A stretch of DNA of 64,000 nucleotides from positions 1 to 64,000 of the forward strand of contig MU626329.1 of NCBI GenBank assembly GCA_025603075.1, in the 5' to 3' direction. Origin of the DNA: Neoconidiobolus thromboides FSU 785 (lineage: Eukaryota > Fungi > Entomophthoromycota). Position numbers and translations under genes: made by a program. Positions 23,671 to 35,712 of this stretch are shown here, one piece after another (positions within the stretch are counted from its first letter, which is position 1; each line of letters opens with the position of its first letter). The notes below the pieces were generated by a model. It searched no databases. It was not told the origin of the DNA and saw only the letters and a program-made list of their open reading frames with translations.

Positions 23671-24629
23671 TGTTATTTTGAACTTAAAAACGAGCTTTAT
23701 TTCATTTTTTATATTATTTATTAATGTTTTAAAAATTATGCTATTTGAACTTATTATTCAAAAGTACCCTTTTAAATTAATTCAGATTGTAAAAAATTAT
23801 TATGGCTTTATATTCTTAAGAGAAAATGACTTCTTGTGCGCTATTAATGCATGAAATTAAGGTAAATTATTAACGCAAACAACAACAAATGCCAAAAAGG
23901 ATAACACTTTTTAAATTTTACTATTTATTGTTAGTCAGTTATGATCTAGACAAACCCACTTTCTTTTCAACTTTTGAAGAATGAAAGAACTAGTTTACAT
24001 GAACCAATTTTCAAGTAATGTTTAAAAAGGATTGCTATCTTATATATTTAAAAGTTGAACGAAAAAGGAAAACCTCATAAACAAATTTGGCTTAAATTTG
24101 GTTTATTTTTGTTGAATTGTTTATAAAACATTAACCCATTCAAGACCCAAGGTTTCCCTTAAAATAAGGACTTATTAGTACCATGAAGATACTGATTAAT
24201 ATTTGTATTTAAGTCAAGATTTTCGAAATACTAATAATCTAGATGACACCAGCAATATATTAAAACAGAATGGTATGGTTTTGATGAGAAGCGGTATCAC
24301 TATTGATGTGTTTTAAAGATCATTACTTTAGGTGAGCTATTATTTACATTATTAATTAGTAAGTGGAGATACATTCGATACTTTTTAAGTAAACCATTTC
24401 AAGGCCTAAAACTCTTTTGAGGTTTTTAAAAGCAACGAGATGAAAAGAATGGAAGACAAATAATAGAGTAATAAAAAATGAAGTAATAAGTTAGAGGTTT
24501 GTGACTTTAAGTAACTGAATAAATTTAAAGGAGATGTGATCTAAAAACAGTGATTTACAATATTAAACTGATATTATAATATTATACCAAAGAGTAATAG
24601 TAAAAAAAGCTAGTGCTATTAAGGCGATT

Positions 24630-25193
24630 TAGTTATCTTTGACAAAAAAGCCTACATTAAAAGTCTTAATGCAATAATCAAGTAAAACAATACGAAATAA
24701 GCCTTGTTATCTTTGTTGATATCAATATTTGGTAAACGATAAAAGCCTAAATTACACCAAAAATATGAGTCATAATAACAGTGTAAACCAGATAGTATTA
24801 ATCACAATATAACTAATAAAGCCCCAAACAAACAATCATGCGTTGATACCATTTTTTTATAAACAAATTTTATTGTATCTTATGACACTGAATAAAATAG
24901 CTAATTTAACAAAAGTAACGATAGTTATCACTAACTAACATTTGAATGACAATATCAGGCTGGATTGTATACTTGTAACTCTTTATTAGCTATAAATACC
25001 TTATAGTTAGCTAGCATTATATATAATATGACAATAAAATACAAAATGATACCATTGATGAGTACCATCAATATTATTGTTAATTCTAAATTGTTTTTAT
25101 GGTTAGTTTACAAAAAATTATATTTAACAATAACAAGTTTATTAGTAGCGATATTGTTGAGCTCGTTAAATAAGTTATGTGATCTACATTCAT
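24630..25193 (-). pseudogene. Clade A 7TM receptor pseudogene, 3'-truncated
   Basis: Starts MNVDHITYLTSSTISLLINL...NNLEL and degenerates through TM3-TM5. No TM6-7 found. Confidence 0.75.
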
Positions 25194-25598
25194 TATTTCT
25201 TAGATTTAATTGAAAATAGACTTTTATTTATTTTTTTTGTTTGGCGATATTAATACACCATTATTAAACATGGATTATCATATATATTGAATAAAAATCC
25301 TCCTTATTTCAGTAGTTTAAACCCAAGGGCTCGACTTTTTTCTGGTTTATTTGTTGCAAAGTTAAAAAGCAGGTATAAACGATACAAAAATGGTAGCTAT
25401 TTTTTATAAAGAAATTATTAAGTCTTATGGTTCCAATTTTTCAATATCACATCTCTATCCCAGATAGATAAAACATAGCAAAGTAGCATTTACTGGGTTA
25501 TAAAAACCTTTTTTAACTCGAAAAAATTAAAACTCTATCTCATTATCTGCCTAACCTCTTTCAAAAAAACATTTTAATTTAATAAAATATAATTATAT

Positions 25599-25696
25599 GA
25601 GAATCTATCTTTGTGTTTAAGGATTTTGCCAACAATTTTTCCGCTCAAATAACGCTTGAAAAATGGAAAAAGTAATGAAACCAAAAAAACATCCCC
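25599..25696 (+). mobile_element. MITE copy
   Basis: ATAT on both sides. Confidence 0.85.
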
Positions 25697-26099
25697 ATAT
25701 GTTAGAATTCAGTTACATAAACTAATTTTCTAAAACTAGTTTACATGTTAAAAATAAACAATTTTTTTTAAAGATAAATTAAACTTAAAATATACAATAA
25801 TAGAAAATGGATCTCATTTTGCCTTTCTGATTCTTTCAAAGATATGCAATCGTTGGGAATAATCCTTACTTTATTATACTATTCCTTACAATAGCCCAAT
25901 TCCTCAAGCTTACTGACTTGAGTTTCTAAATTTTTATTTTGGCTGATAAAACACTTGATACTTCAGTATTAGCATTGGCATTTAATGGATTTTTAATAAT
26001 AAAGTAGCTTTATAAGTATGGATGCATTTTGAATAGGTTTATATAATTTCCATCATCACCACAAACCATATTGAGTGGCAATTGAATTGAACACCAGAT

Positions 26100-26770
26100 G
26101 GGGATGTCGGAACTGGTTTCAGAACTCAGTTAAAAATTAACTCCTTTTAAGTTTTCAAATTTGTAAGTCCTTACTGTATGATTAGTTGAATTTAAAAGCT
26201 TAAAACTAAATAAAAAATTAACTCAAAAACTTATCTTAATTGGTTTTCTTTAACATAATTAATTTTTTTAATTATGCATTTTGCATTGTTTTTATCAAAT
26301 GTTTAATAGATGCATAATATATAAACGTACAATTATTTAACTTTGTTTTATATTAAAATGAAACAAAATGAAAGTTTCTATAAACTTCAAAATGGAACTT
26401 TTAAAAATTTTGATATAATAGGGAGAACCACACTATATAAATGTTGTAATTTATTTATATCAATTTCAACAATTGTTCATAATAACACAGAGTTTATAGA
26501 ATTTTATAATAAAATAAAATAAAATAAAATAAAATAAAGAAAAGACATATTATTAAAGTTTAATATTGATAATGATAAACTTAATCAAGTAGGGATGTAT
26601 TTTTGTGTTTAAAAATCTTACTAATAACTTTTCCACTCAAATAGCGCTTAAAAGATAGAAAAAGTGATGAAACCAAAAAAACATCCCCAAGTAATCTATA
26701 AAATTAGTCCTTTAAGGGAAACGGGAAGTAAAAATCAATAAGTAGCATTACTGTGTGAAATATAGTACTC
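26100..26770 (+). mobile_element. Second, truncated copy of the Sola-like transposon (5' end)
   Basis: Starts GGGGATGTCGGAACTGGTTTCAG after AGAT. Colinear with 690-1229 (minus) and encodes DKLNQVIYKISPLRETGSKNQ*VALL. Confidence 0.75.
26591..26688 (+). mobile_element. MITE copy nested in the transposon remnant
   Basis: AAGT on both sides; excision restores AAT CAA GTA ATC TAT (N-Q-V-I-Y). Confidence 0.9.
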
Positions 26771-28210
26771 AGTGTTTGGAGTCAAGAACAGCTATTGCTG
26801 GGTTGGCTACACTATAAGTCGAAAGGTCTTAGTTTATGTGACTAAGATAGACCTGGATTATGAGGAGTACCACGTAATAGGTTACAAGCTATATAAGACA
26901 AATAGAATAGATAATACTAATGTAAAATCTACATAAAATACTATTAAGAAACCTCAGTGGCTTTATTAAATGTTCGAGATATCAGGGAATAATTCAGTTA
27001 AAAAACCTCGAACTACTATACTCTGTAAACTCTTTTATACTCTGAAAAGTATAAATATCAGAATGAGAAGATGCTATTCTTTGAGACGAAGATAGAAATT
27101 CTCATAGCAAATCAAACTAAGAGCGTGGGATTGATTTTCTCTGAACTCGAGAACACAACAGCTTAAACAGTTGTTATGCTACAATCAATTATGGAGCTGA
27201 CAAAGCGATATTTCACAGTATGATTAATTCAAAGTTTTCTATTTTAATTTACTGTAAAAATATTCGCCACTTGATTATAAAAAACTCTATTTTTTTATTT
27301 TAATGTCCATATTTAGTAATTATAATAAAAAAATAATTACTATCATGTTTTGTATATATAACTACTCACTTAAAATATTTACAAAAAAAATTAATACAAC
27401 AATTTAAAGTTTTTTTGCTAAATTATTTTTTGATACTATATTTTATATAAATTTTATATAAATTTTATAATAACACTTTTTATTTTATTTGTTCACATAG
27501 TTTATAGCTTATTATATACTATTTTTATTAATTTAAATCTATCTTAATTATACAAAATAAAACTTTTTGATTTGTAGCTAGTTGATTGAACAAAAACTAC
27601 TTTTAACTCCAATTATTAAATACCAACTTTTATAATATTAAATTTAAAAAAACAAAAAAAAGGTATAAATATTTAAAAAAAATTATAAATATAGTATTGT
27701 TACCTATACTAAAAAGAAAAATAAAGTTGGTATTTTATTTTAATATTAGATTTTAATAATTGAATATCAAAGTTGTTTAGTTTGGTTTTTATAAAAGCTG
27801 AAAGAAACAAAATTCAAGAGTTTTTATACATAAGTAATCACTATGCTTATGAAAAAAATGATACCATCATGTCTCTGCCTAAAAGGATAAGTAACGTTTG
27901 TTAAAGCTTATATTATTCTATTTAAACTAATGATAAAAAACTATATAGAAGAAGCTCCCAAAATAGTACAAAGTCTAAGATCAAACCTTCCATACGTGCA
28001 AGGCAAAACTTTCAGTGCTTTACTGATGCTTATTTTTATACTGCTATTGCTATATCAGCTTTAATATTTAAATTTATGTCTGATATTTCTTAAGCTATTG
28101 AGGAGTTGAATTTAATTGGTTCTATTTTAAAGATAAAGAATTTTGGCATTAATTCCATAAATCACATAATTTGTAAAGAACTCTCTTCTAAATCAATGTC
28201 ACTTTAAAAA

Positions 28211-29959
28211 ATGAGTATAAATCAAAACATCCTCATTACTGCATTAATAAGTTCCATTGCCACTGGTTGTTTAATTTTAGGAGTCCAAAGTCTAATTAAT
28301 AAAAAATCGAATGCATCAACCAATTTCAAGCAACTAAAGCAGGATTTTAAAAAACAAAATGATGAGGAGCTCATCAAAGAACAATTATCCCGAAATACCG
28401 CCTTTTTCGGAGAAGCTAGTATAAACAAATTAAAGAACAGCTTTGTCATAATCATTGGTGTTGGTGGTGTAGGTTCTTGGGCATTCAATATGTTGTTAAG
28501 AGCGGGTGTAGGGAAGATTCGGATTATTGATTTTGATTTGATTACTTTATCCTCTTTAAACCGACATGCTACTGCTACTAGAAAACAAGTAGGTATTTCA
28601 AAAGTTCAAGCATTGAAGGACTTTGCAACTGAATTGATGCCTAATACTCAAATAGAAATTATTAATAGAATGTTTGAGGGTAAAATTGCTTCGGAATTGT
28701 TATATGGTAGGTGGTTTTTTTAATAGTGAAAGAAGTGGTTTATTGGTGTAAAATAATTTATTAGGAAAGCCAGATTTTGTGTTGGATTGTATTGATAATA
28801 TTGATACCAAAGTAGAATTATTAAAATATTGTTACGAAAATGAAATAAAGGTAATAGATTATACTGTAGTTTATATACTTTAATTGAGTTATAATTCTTT
28901 TTATAGGTTATATCCTCTATGGGAGCAGGTGCTAAAAGCGATCCAACTCGAATTCATATTTCGGATATTTCTAATACTTTTGGTAATTATTTAATATATT
29001 AATGAATTATATAAATTAACGATTTTTACTTTATATTATATTTTTTATAATAGAGGATCCATTAGCTAGATCCGTTCGACGTAAATTAAAATTGAATGGT
29101 ATACTAAAAGGAATAACCACTATTTATTCAAGTGAAAAACCAGGCCAAGTCAAATTATTACCTTTAGGTAAATTAATAATTATTATTATAATAGTGATGA
29201 TAATGATAATAATATAATTAGATGAAGAAAAAGTAACAAAAGCGGATGAATATGCAATCTTACCACAATTTCGATCTCGTATATTACCTGTATTAGGTAA
29301 GTTAATAAAACCCACTATTATTTTGTTTTATCTAATAGAATACTGATTTAATATATAACTTAGGTACATTACCAGCTATGTTTGGTATGACCATGGCCAG
29401 TTATATTTTATGTCAATTAGCTGATTATCCAATGGAGCCATTATCAATTAAATCTCGAACTGGATTATATAATAATTTATTAAGAGATTTACAAGTCAGA
29501 GAAAAAAAGATATATTTTAATGAGTAAGTATTTATTTATTTATTTATTATTTATTTATTTATTTATTATTTATTTATTTATTTATTTATTATTTATTTAT
29601 TTATTTATTATTTATTTATTTATTATTTATTTATTTATTTATTTATTATTTATTTATTTATTTATTTAAATAGAGAACCATTAGGCTTAAATAAAGAAGA
29701 AATTGGGTTTTTATTAGAAGAAATTTATAATGGGAAGTGTGCCTTAACAGAAAACAATGATAAATTAGCTATTGTTAGATTAGATAAAGACCTTCCATCG
29801 AAATTAAACAATTTAATTATTTTGGAGCGTAAACAAGCTCTGAAATATGATTTATTAGAAGGGAATAATGAAGAGTTCTTTGGAAATAGACTAAAATTTA
29901 TTAAAGATCGATTGAAATTATGTGGAGAGATATTAAAGCTTAAGGTCCAAGAGTTCTAA
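28211..29959 (+). CDS. TCD1: ThiF/UBA-family tRNA threonylcarbamoyladenosine dehydratase (Tcd1/Tcd2-like), 7 exons
   Basis: N-terminal TM, then GVGGVGSW, DFDLITLSSLNRH, DCIDNI, SMGAGAKSDPT and DPLARSVR. Exons 28211-28706, 28765-28850, 28907-28982, 29054-29167, 29222-29296, 29364-29523 and 29674-29959 splice in frame at GT-AG. Confidence 0.9.
29529..29668. repeat. (TTTA/TTA)n microsatellite in TCD intron 6
   Basis: About 140 bp of TATT/TAT units, read directly. Confidence 0.95.
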
Positions 29960-30322
29960 CAAGATAAGATTGAGTTCTAGAAATAATAAAGTGAGTTATA
30001 GATAGTATATTTGTATATTAATGTTATAATTTTTAGTTAATTTTAAAAACAATAAGAGCATATGATTAATCCATTAAACTAACTTAACTTCTAAAAACAG
30101 TCCATAGAAATCTAGTAAGTTTTTATAAAAGATTATTGATAAATTTATAATATACAAATTCAATAATTTAAATTTTTAATTACAACAAGAGAAGTAATTT
30201 ATTCAATTAATATTATTGCTGACAATTTATTTTATTTGGGATAATATCTTAATAACTTAAGTTTACTTGCTTTATACTTAGTTTGTCAACTAAAATATAC
30301 AAGCTTTTATGATCTAAGATAT

Positions 30323-30418
30323 GGCGATGTTTTTTTTATTTCGCTACTTTTCCATTTTTAAGCGCTATCTAAGTAGAAAAAGTGATAGTAAAATTCTTAA
30401 ACATAAAAACACATCCCC
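30323..30418 (-). mobile_element. MITE copy
   Basis: ATAT on both sides. Confidence 0.85.
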
Positions 30419-30569
30419 ATATTAATATTCATTTTAATTCTGTTAACTAATCATTACTTAGTAAATTAAAAAAAGCGATATTATTAATACTGATAGTTAA
30501 AAACGGGTATTTGAAAATAAAAGTGAAAAACAATATAAGACACAATCCATTTATTGAATTTAATATCAT

Positions 30570-30667
30570 AGGGATGTATTTTTTTGTTTAAAAATTTTAT
30601 TAATAATCTTTCCACTCAAATAGTACTTAAAAAATATAAAAATAATGAAATCAGAAAAAATATCCCC
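30570..30667 (+). mobile_element. MITE copy
   Basis: AGGGATG...TATCCCC; target duplication not clean. Confidence 0.8.
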
Positions 30668-31176
30668 ATGTTTTCAAGTGATTTACAAAAATAAGATTAA
30701 TCATTTTTAAACTGTAATTGATTATAAATATCCAATATTACAATTTTATATAAAACTCCTGGACTGAAAGCTGTATAAGCATTTATAAGATTAGATAGAT
30801 GAGGACCATTACGGAAAATAGCACCATTTATATGTTTAAATTGTAAATATAATATGATATTGTTACTATCATAAATAAAACTTTCATCCTCATATACTAT
30901 TAATAAAATTTTATTCAATTCATTATTAATAATTAATCAACAACACGTTAATTTTGATATTTGATCTTGAATTTAAATATAACTTAAACTTGTATGTTTG
31001 AATTTAATACTCTTTCTAAATAATAATTTAGCTAACTTAATTTATAGTAATTATTGTGTAGTTGAATATTACTTTATGTTTTAATAACAATACTTTCAAC
31101 TATATGGATTAAAATGAACTCCATCTTCTTTATTGATTAAATCATAAAAAGTTAGCATTTGTAATTTTTTTAATAC

Positions 31177-31271
31177 GAGGGGATGTTTTTTTTGATTTCA
31201 TTACTTTTTCATTTTTAAGCATTATTTGAGTAGAAAAACTGTTAGTAAAGTCTTAAAAAATACAGCTCCAC
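31177..31271 (-). mobile_element. MITE copy
   Basis: Reverse orientation, diverged right end. Confidence 0.75.
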
Positions 31272-31753
31272 ATGTTAAGCATCAAATTAGAGTAGTTTTC
31301 AAATACATTTGATAAAGAATTATCAATCAGTTTACAAATATCATTACCTTTTTCTATAGTATTTAAAAATAGTTCTTATTTAAAAGGTGAACATGGTAGA
31401 TTTCTACTACCTACTATTAGAAATTTTTTATCATTCTATTGTTATTAATTATAGTATTATGTATTATTTAGTAATTTAAATTTCGTTCAACTAATTAATA
31501 ACTCAATATTTGGTAAAATAATCTCAGGTAGCCAAAATGAATCCCTTAAATTTTGATATGAACGTATTCAATCTCTTAATAATACCTACGCTAAATTACC
31601 ATGTTAAGCAATTACAATATTATTACTGAAATAAATGGAATTTGGATTCTTACTATATTATCTATTAAACTATCTTGAACTCAATCATAATTTTGAAAAA
31701 TAAGCAAATTAACTAATAATTAATAGCTATATATTTATAGAACACATAAAACT

Positions 31754-32734
31754 TTATCTTCTTGGTGATCTAGATCTAGATCTTGGAGAATAACGACGAT
31801 AACGACGAGCATTTTGACGTCTATAAGATCTACCCCTATCGGATTCAGAACCGGATCGAATATCTCTATCACTTAAATCTCTGTCCTTAACCTCCCTATC
31901 ACTCAACTCCAAATCTTTATAATCTCTATCACTGATCTCATTCTCTTTATGGCCTCGGTGAAAATCTCGATCTCTATAATTATTACGACCATTATAATCA
32001 CGACGTCGATTACGCATACGTTCTCTATCATCGTACCTTCCACCAGTAAGCATTCGACTACCCTGTTTATTTTCTCGAGTTTCTTCTTCTTCACTACCTT
32101 TAATAAACGCAAAACTAGCTTTTAAGTTTTTATTTAAATACATTTGATTATCAACTCCATCCACGGCTGATTTAGCTTCTTCATAGGTATCATATTCAAT
32201 TAGAGCATATCCCTAAATAAAATAAGATCGTCAATCAGCTTTTTTTAAAAGATAGAAATGGATAGAAAATAAACAAAAACTTACTTTAACATAACCTGAG
32301 TTACGGTCTAAATTTAAGTGTAAATTCTTAACATTACCAAATTCAGAAAATTTATCCAAAACATCTTCTTCTGCTGCTTCATAATGAAACCCAGTCACAA
32401 ATATGGTCCATCCTTCAATTGCTAGTTTATATTATTAAAAATTTTGAATTTTTTGATTATTTTTATTATTAAAAATTGATTCTACTTACAACGTATAAAC
32501 TCCTTTCCAACTTCATCCGAGTGTAGCTGTCCTAAATTCGATTCTATAATATTGACTCAATTATTTTTTTTGCATTGATAAAATTCACAAATCCAAAGCT
32601 TACCATGTCCATTATCTAACTTTTTAAATCCACGACCTTTGCGTATAACTAAAAACAAAAATTGTTTAACTATATATTTAATCGGCTTTAAAATAGATAC
32701 ACTTACCCGCTGGTGCATCTCCCATATCGGACAT
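31754..32734 (-). CDS. RBM8A: RNA-binding protein 8A / Y14 (exon junction complex), about 5 exons
   Basis: MSDMGDAPA / RKGRGF / [45 protein letters not shown] / GYALIEY..., followed by a long RD/RS tail ending RSRSRSPRR. Boundaries of the small 5' exons are approximate. Confidence 0.9.
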
Positions 32735-33042
32735 AGTTGAAATATTAATAAATCTTAAAAAAAATAAGATGACTTTAAGAATTCAATTTGGTAAACTATC
32801 ATTATCACAATTTCAGTTCTCTTCTGATTGGTTCAAAAACTAATCTCATTTGATTGCAACTTTTGCTGAAAATGAATTTTTTCACTACTTAAAAATTAAA
32901 TTTGAAATAAGCAATTTAGTTCATTTTATTTCTATAATTACTCATAATGTAACTAGATCTATTTTTATAGCACAACCCGCGAGAGTAACTGTAACTACAA
33001 TCAATTTTTCAAAAATTGATCTAGTTAGCAAAAAAAACAAAT

Positions 33043-33139
33043 GGGGTTATGTTTTTGTGTTTAAGAATTTTACTAACAACCTTTCCACTCAAATAGCGCT
33101 TAAAAGATAGAAAAAGTGATGAAGTCAAAAAACACTCCC
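33043..33139 (+). mobile_element. MITE copy
   Basis: Flanks AAAT/AGAT. Confidence 0.85.
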
Positions 33140-33480
33140 AGATTGTATTAAAAAACATCACTGATTAAACCGACAGCCAAATAACGCTTTTCAATATAGT
33201 GTTAGTTTTTAATTTTCTGAACACCCTTTTCAAACCAAAAAGGTATACAATGTTTTGTTGTTCTTAATTGTAAAATAGAGTCAATTAATTTATAGTGAAA
33301 GTAAAAAACTTTAGATAGAAAAGAACTCTTTATTAAAATTTTAAAAAGCAAACTACTATTTAGCCTACAGCCTACTTTGCACAAATTAAAAAGTCAGATT
33401 ACTTAGAAATCGCCTTATAATATTAAACCTATCAAAAATTATAATGAGTATAATAGTTTATCAATTTCAATACAGACTAT

Positions 33481-33571
33481 GGGAGTGCTTTTGTGACTTC
33501 ATTTTTTCCATTTTTAAGCACCATTTGTGGAAAATTTGTTAATAAAACTCTTGAACACAAAAACACATCTC
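33481..33571 (-). mobile_element. MITE copy
   Basis: Reverse orientation, diverged. Confidence 0.75.
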
Positions 33572-33644
33572 TTTATGAAACCCAAGAAAATTGGTAAATA
33601 TTAGCTAATTATATATACTTGCACATTACTAAGATAAATAGTAA

Positions 33645-33718
33645 GCTCGTATGGCGCAATTGGCTAGCGCGTTCGACTGTTAATCGAGAGGTTGCTGGTT
33701 CGATCCCAGCTATGAGCG
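33645..33718 (+). tRNA. tRNA-Asn(GTT)
   Basis: Acceptor stem GCTCGTA/TATGAGC, anticodon loop CTGTTAA, GTTCGA T-loop. Confidence 0.95.
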
Positions 33719-34069
33719 TCTACTAAATGTAGTTGCTACTATTTTAAAAATGTTTTGTTAAATGTAAACTTTAAAAACGGTAAAAGTTTGCTGAATTTGG
33801 TATTATTTAAATTCAGCTATAAATCAAAAACGTTCAATTACAAGCTATTTTGATGCTTTTTAATAAAGTCTTTTACAAAAATACTTAATAAATCAAATAA
33901 ATAGTAATACACATTTTAGTTATAATATTTTTTATAAAATGTGAAGCAATTCAACTGAAAATAAGCAAAAAACTATTGAATCCGACTGGAAAACCCTGCA
34001 ATTATAAATATTCAATAAAATTTTGCTTGTAATGAATAGCAGCCATTAAACTGCACAACAAAAATTATA

Positions 34070-34152
34070 TGATCAGGATGGGATTCGAACCCACGCCTCC
34101 GAAGAGACCGCGGCCTTAACACGGCGCCTTAGACCAACTCGGCCACCTGATC
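34070..34152 (-). tRNA. tRNA-Leu(AAG)
   Basis: Acceptor stem GATCAGG/CCTGATC, anticodon loop TTAAGGC, long variable arm, GTTCGAA. Confidence 0.95.
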
Positions 34153-34756
34153 CTTTTATCTATTTAATAAAATAATACTATGTTATTAATTTTGTTTTTA
34201 ATCAAATTATTAAATCTTATTAAAGCTAGTATCTTTTATATTTGAGATAGTTTAAATGTATTTTATATAATACGTGCTTTTTCAAAAGTTTTAATACAAT
34301 AGAATAAATGCTAAGTATAAATTTATATTTAAAGTTTGAAGTTTATTATTATTCATCCAAGTGGTTGTAATATTTATTGTCAAGTCACTAACATTATTTA
34401 AAAGAACTCATAAGGATCAATAATTTTAATAAACTAAAAAATATCCTTATACTGTGAATCATTTTAACTAAATTTACTTCTATATCATTTGTTTCAGTAT
34501 ATAGGTCTAATATCACAACTCCATATTGAATTAAAGGTTGTTAAATTAATAGTAAATTAATTATTTTAATTGGTTATTCATATTTCAAAATTCAATAACT
34601 TCCAAATCCAAAAAATTAAGCATATAATATGAAACTCCACTTGAGTTCATTGTTGTTACATTTTGTTCATATTATTTAATTTGAATAGCTGCCCATAATA
34701 GTATTATTTAAGAATTATAGTTCAAAGCTTCGGAACCTTTTGATAAAATAGCATAT

Positions 34757-34830
34757 GGGAATGTGTTTTTGTATTCAAGAATTTTACTAATAATTTTTCC
34801 ACTCAAATAGCGTTTAAAAGAAACATCACC
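34757..34830 (+). mobile_element. MITE copy, internally deleted
   Basis: Both ends kept, about 25 bp missing; ATAT on both sides. Confidence 0.8.
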
Positions 34831-35712
34831 ATATCGTCTAGAAAACACTTTATGAAATCGAGTTATAATCCTAACCAAAGGGCTAAAGCTAACGCTTTAG
34901 CTCTAAAATAAGGTCAAGAAATATGCTATATAATTGATCTAAAAATTCAATATACATATTCTTATTAAAGTTCTTTATTCGTTTATTTCTATTACTAAAT
35001 TGAGTGTTACAATTCTTTATTTACTTTGATTTATATATTAACCTACTTGTTATACTCCATTTAGTTATTACTTTATCTTTAAAAAAATAATTATAGAATA
35101 TATATATCTAATATATAAAGATAACGATTAATGGGGGATAAGCAGATAATCTTCGTTGTCTTGTTAATATGAAATTAATGAATTTTTATGTCATAATTAA
35201 GATCCGGATTAATTTATTGTTTATAATCTAAAACTACAAGATACTCCATATAGTAAAGTCAAAACTACTCACTATGAATTAAAAATTAAAATAAAACTTA
35301 GTTTTACTAAGATGATAAGGAGATTGAAGGTATATTTATAACATCAATATATGAAGTATGAAATTGACATGCATTATTTGAATTTAAAATATTTAGGTAA
35401 GTTGTTTTGTTTTTGTATTGATACTGCTGCTTTATTATCATTTTCTTAATTACATATAACTAAAATTAAATGGGGATAAAGCTGTATTTAATTTAGTTAT
35501 TAATGTATAGATTATCTAAAAATAAAAAATCGAGAATTCAGAGGTCAGCTGAAATAAATAGATTCAGTGCACTTAGAAATAATTAACAAATTAAGATATT
35601 AATATCACATTAAACAAAAGCTCATAGCTTTGGTAAATTGTACTCATAAAACACAGCATTATAAATCAATTAAATCTGTCGCTTTTTATTTTTATTTTTA
35701 ATAATTAATATC

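Noticed and set aside
25800-26090. GC-richer patches that look like decayed coding sequence (also 26780-27200 and 61250-61700)
   Set aside because: No recognisable motif; I cannot assign them without a database search.
29124-29315. Poly-Ile ORF
   Set aside because: Antisense reading of an (ATT/ATA)-rich TCD intron.
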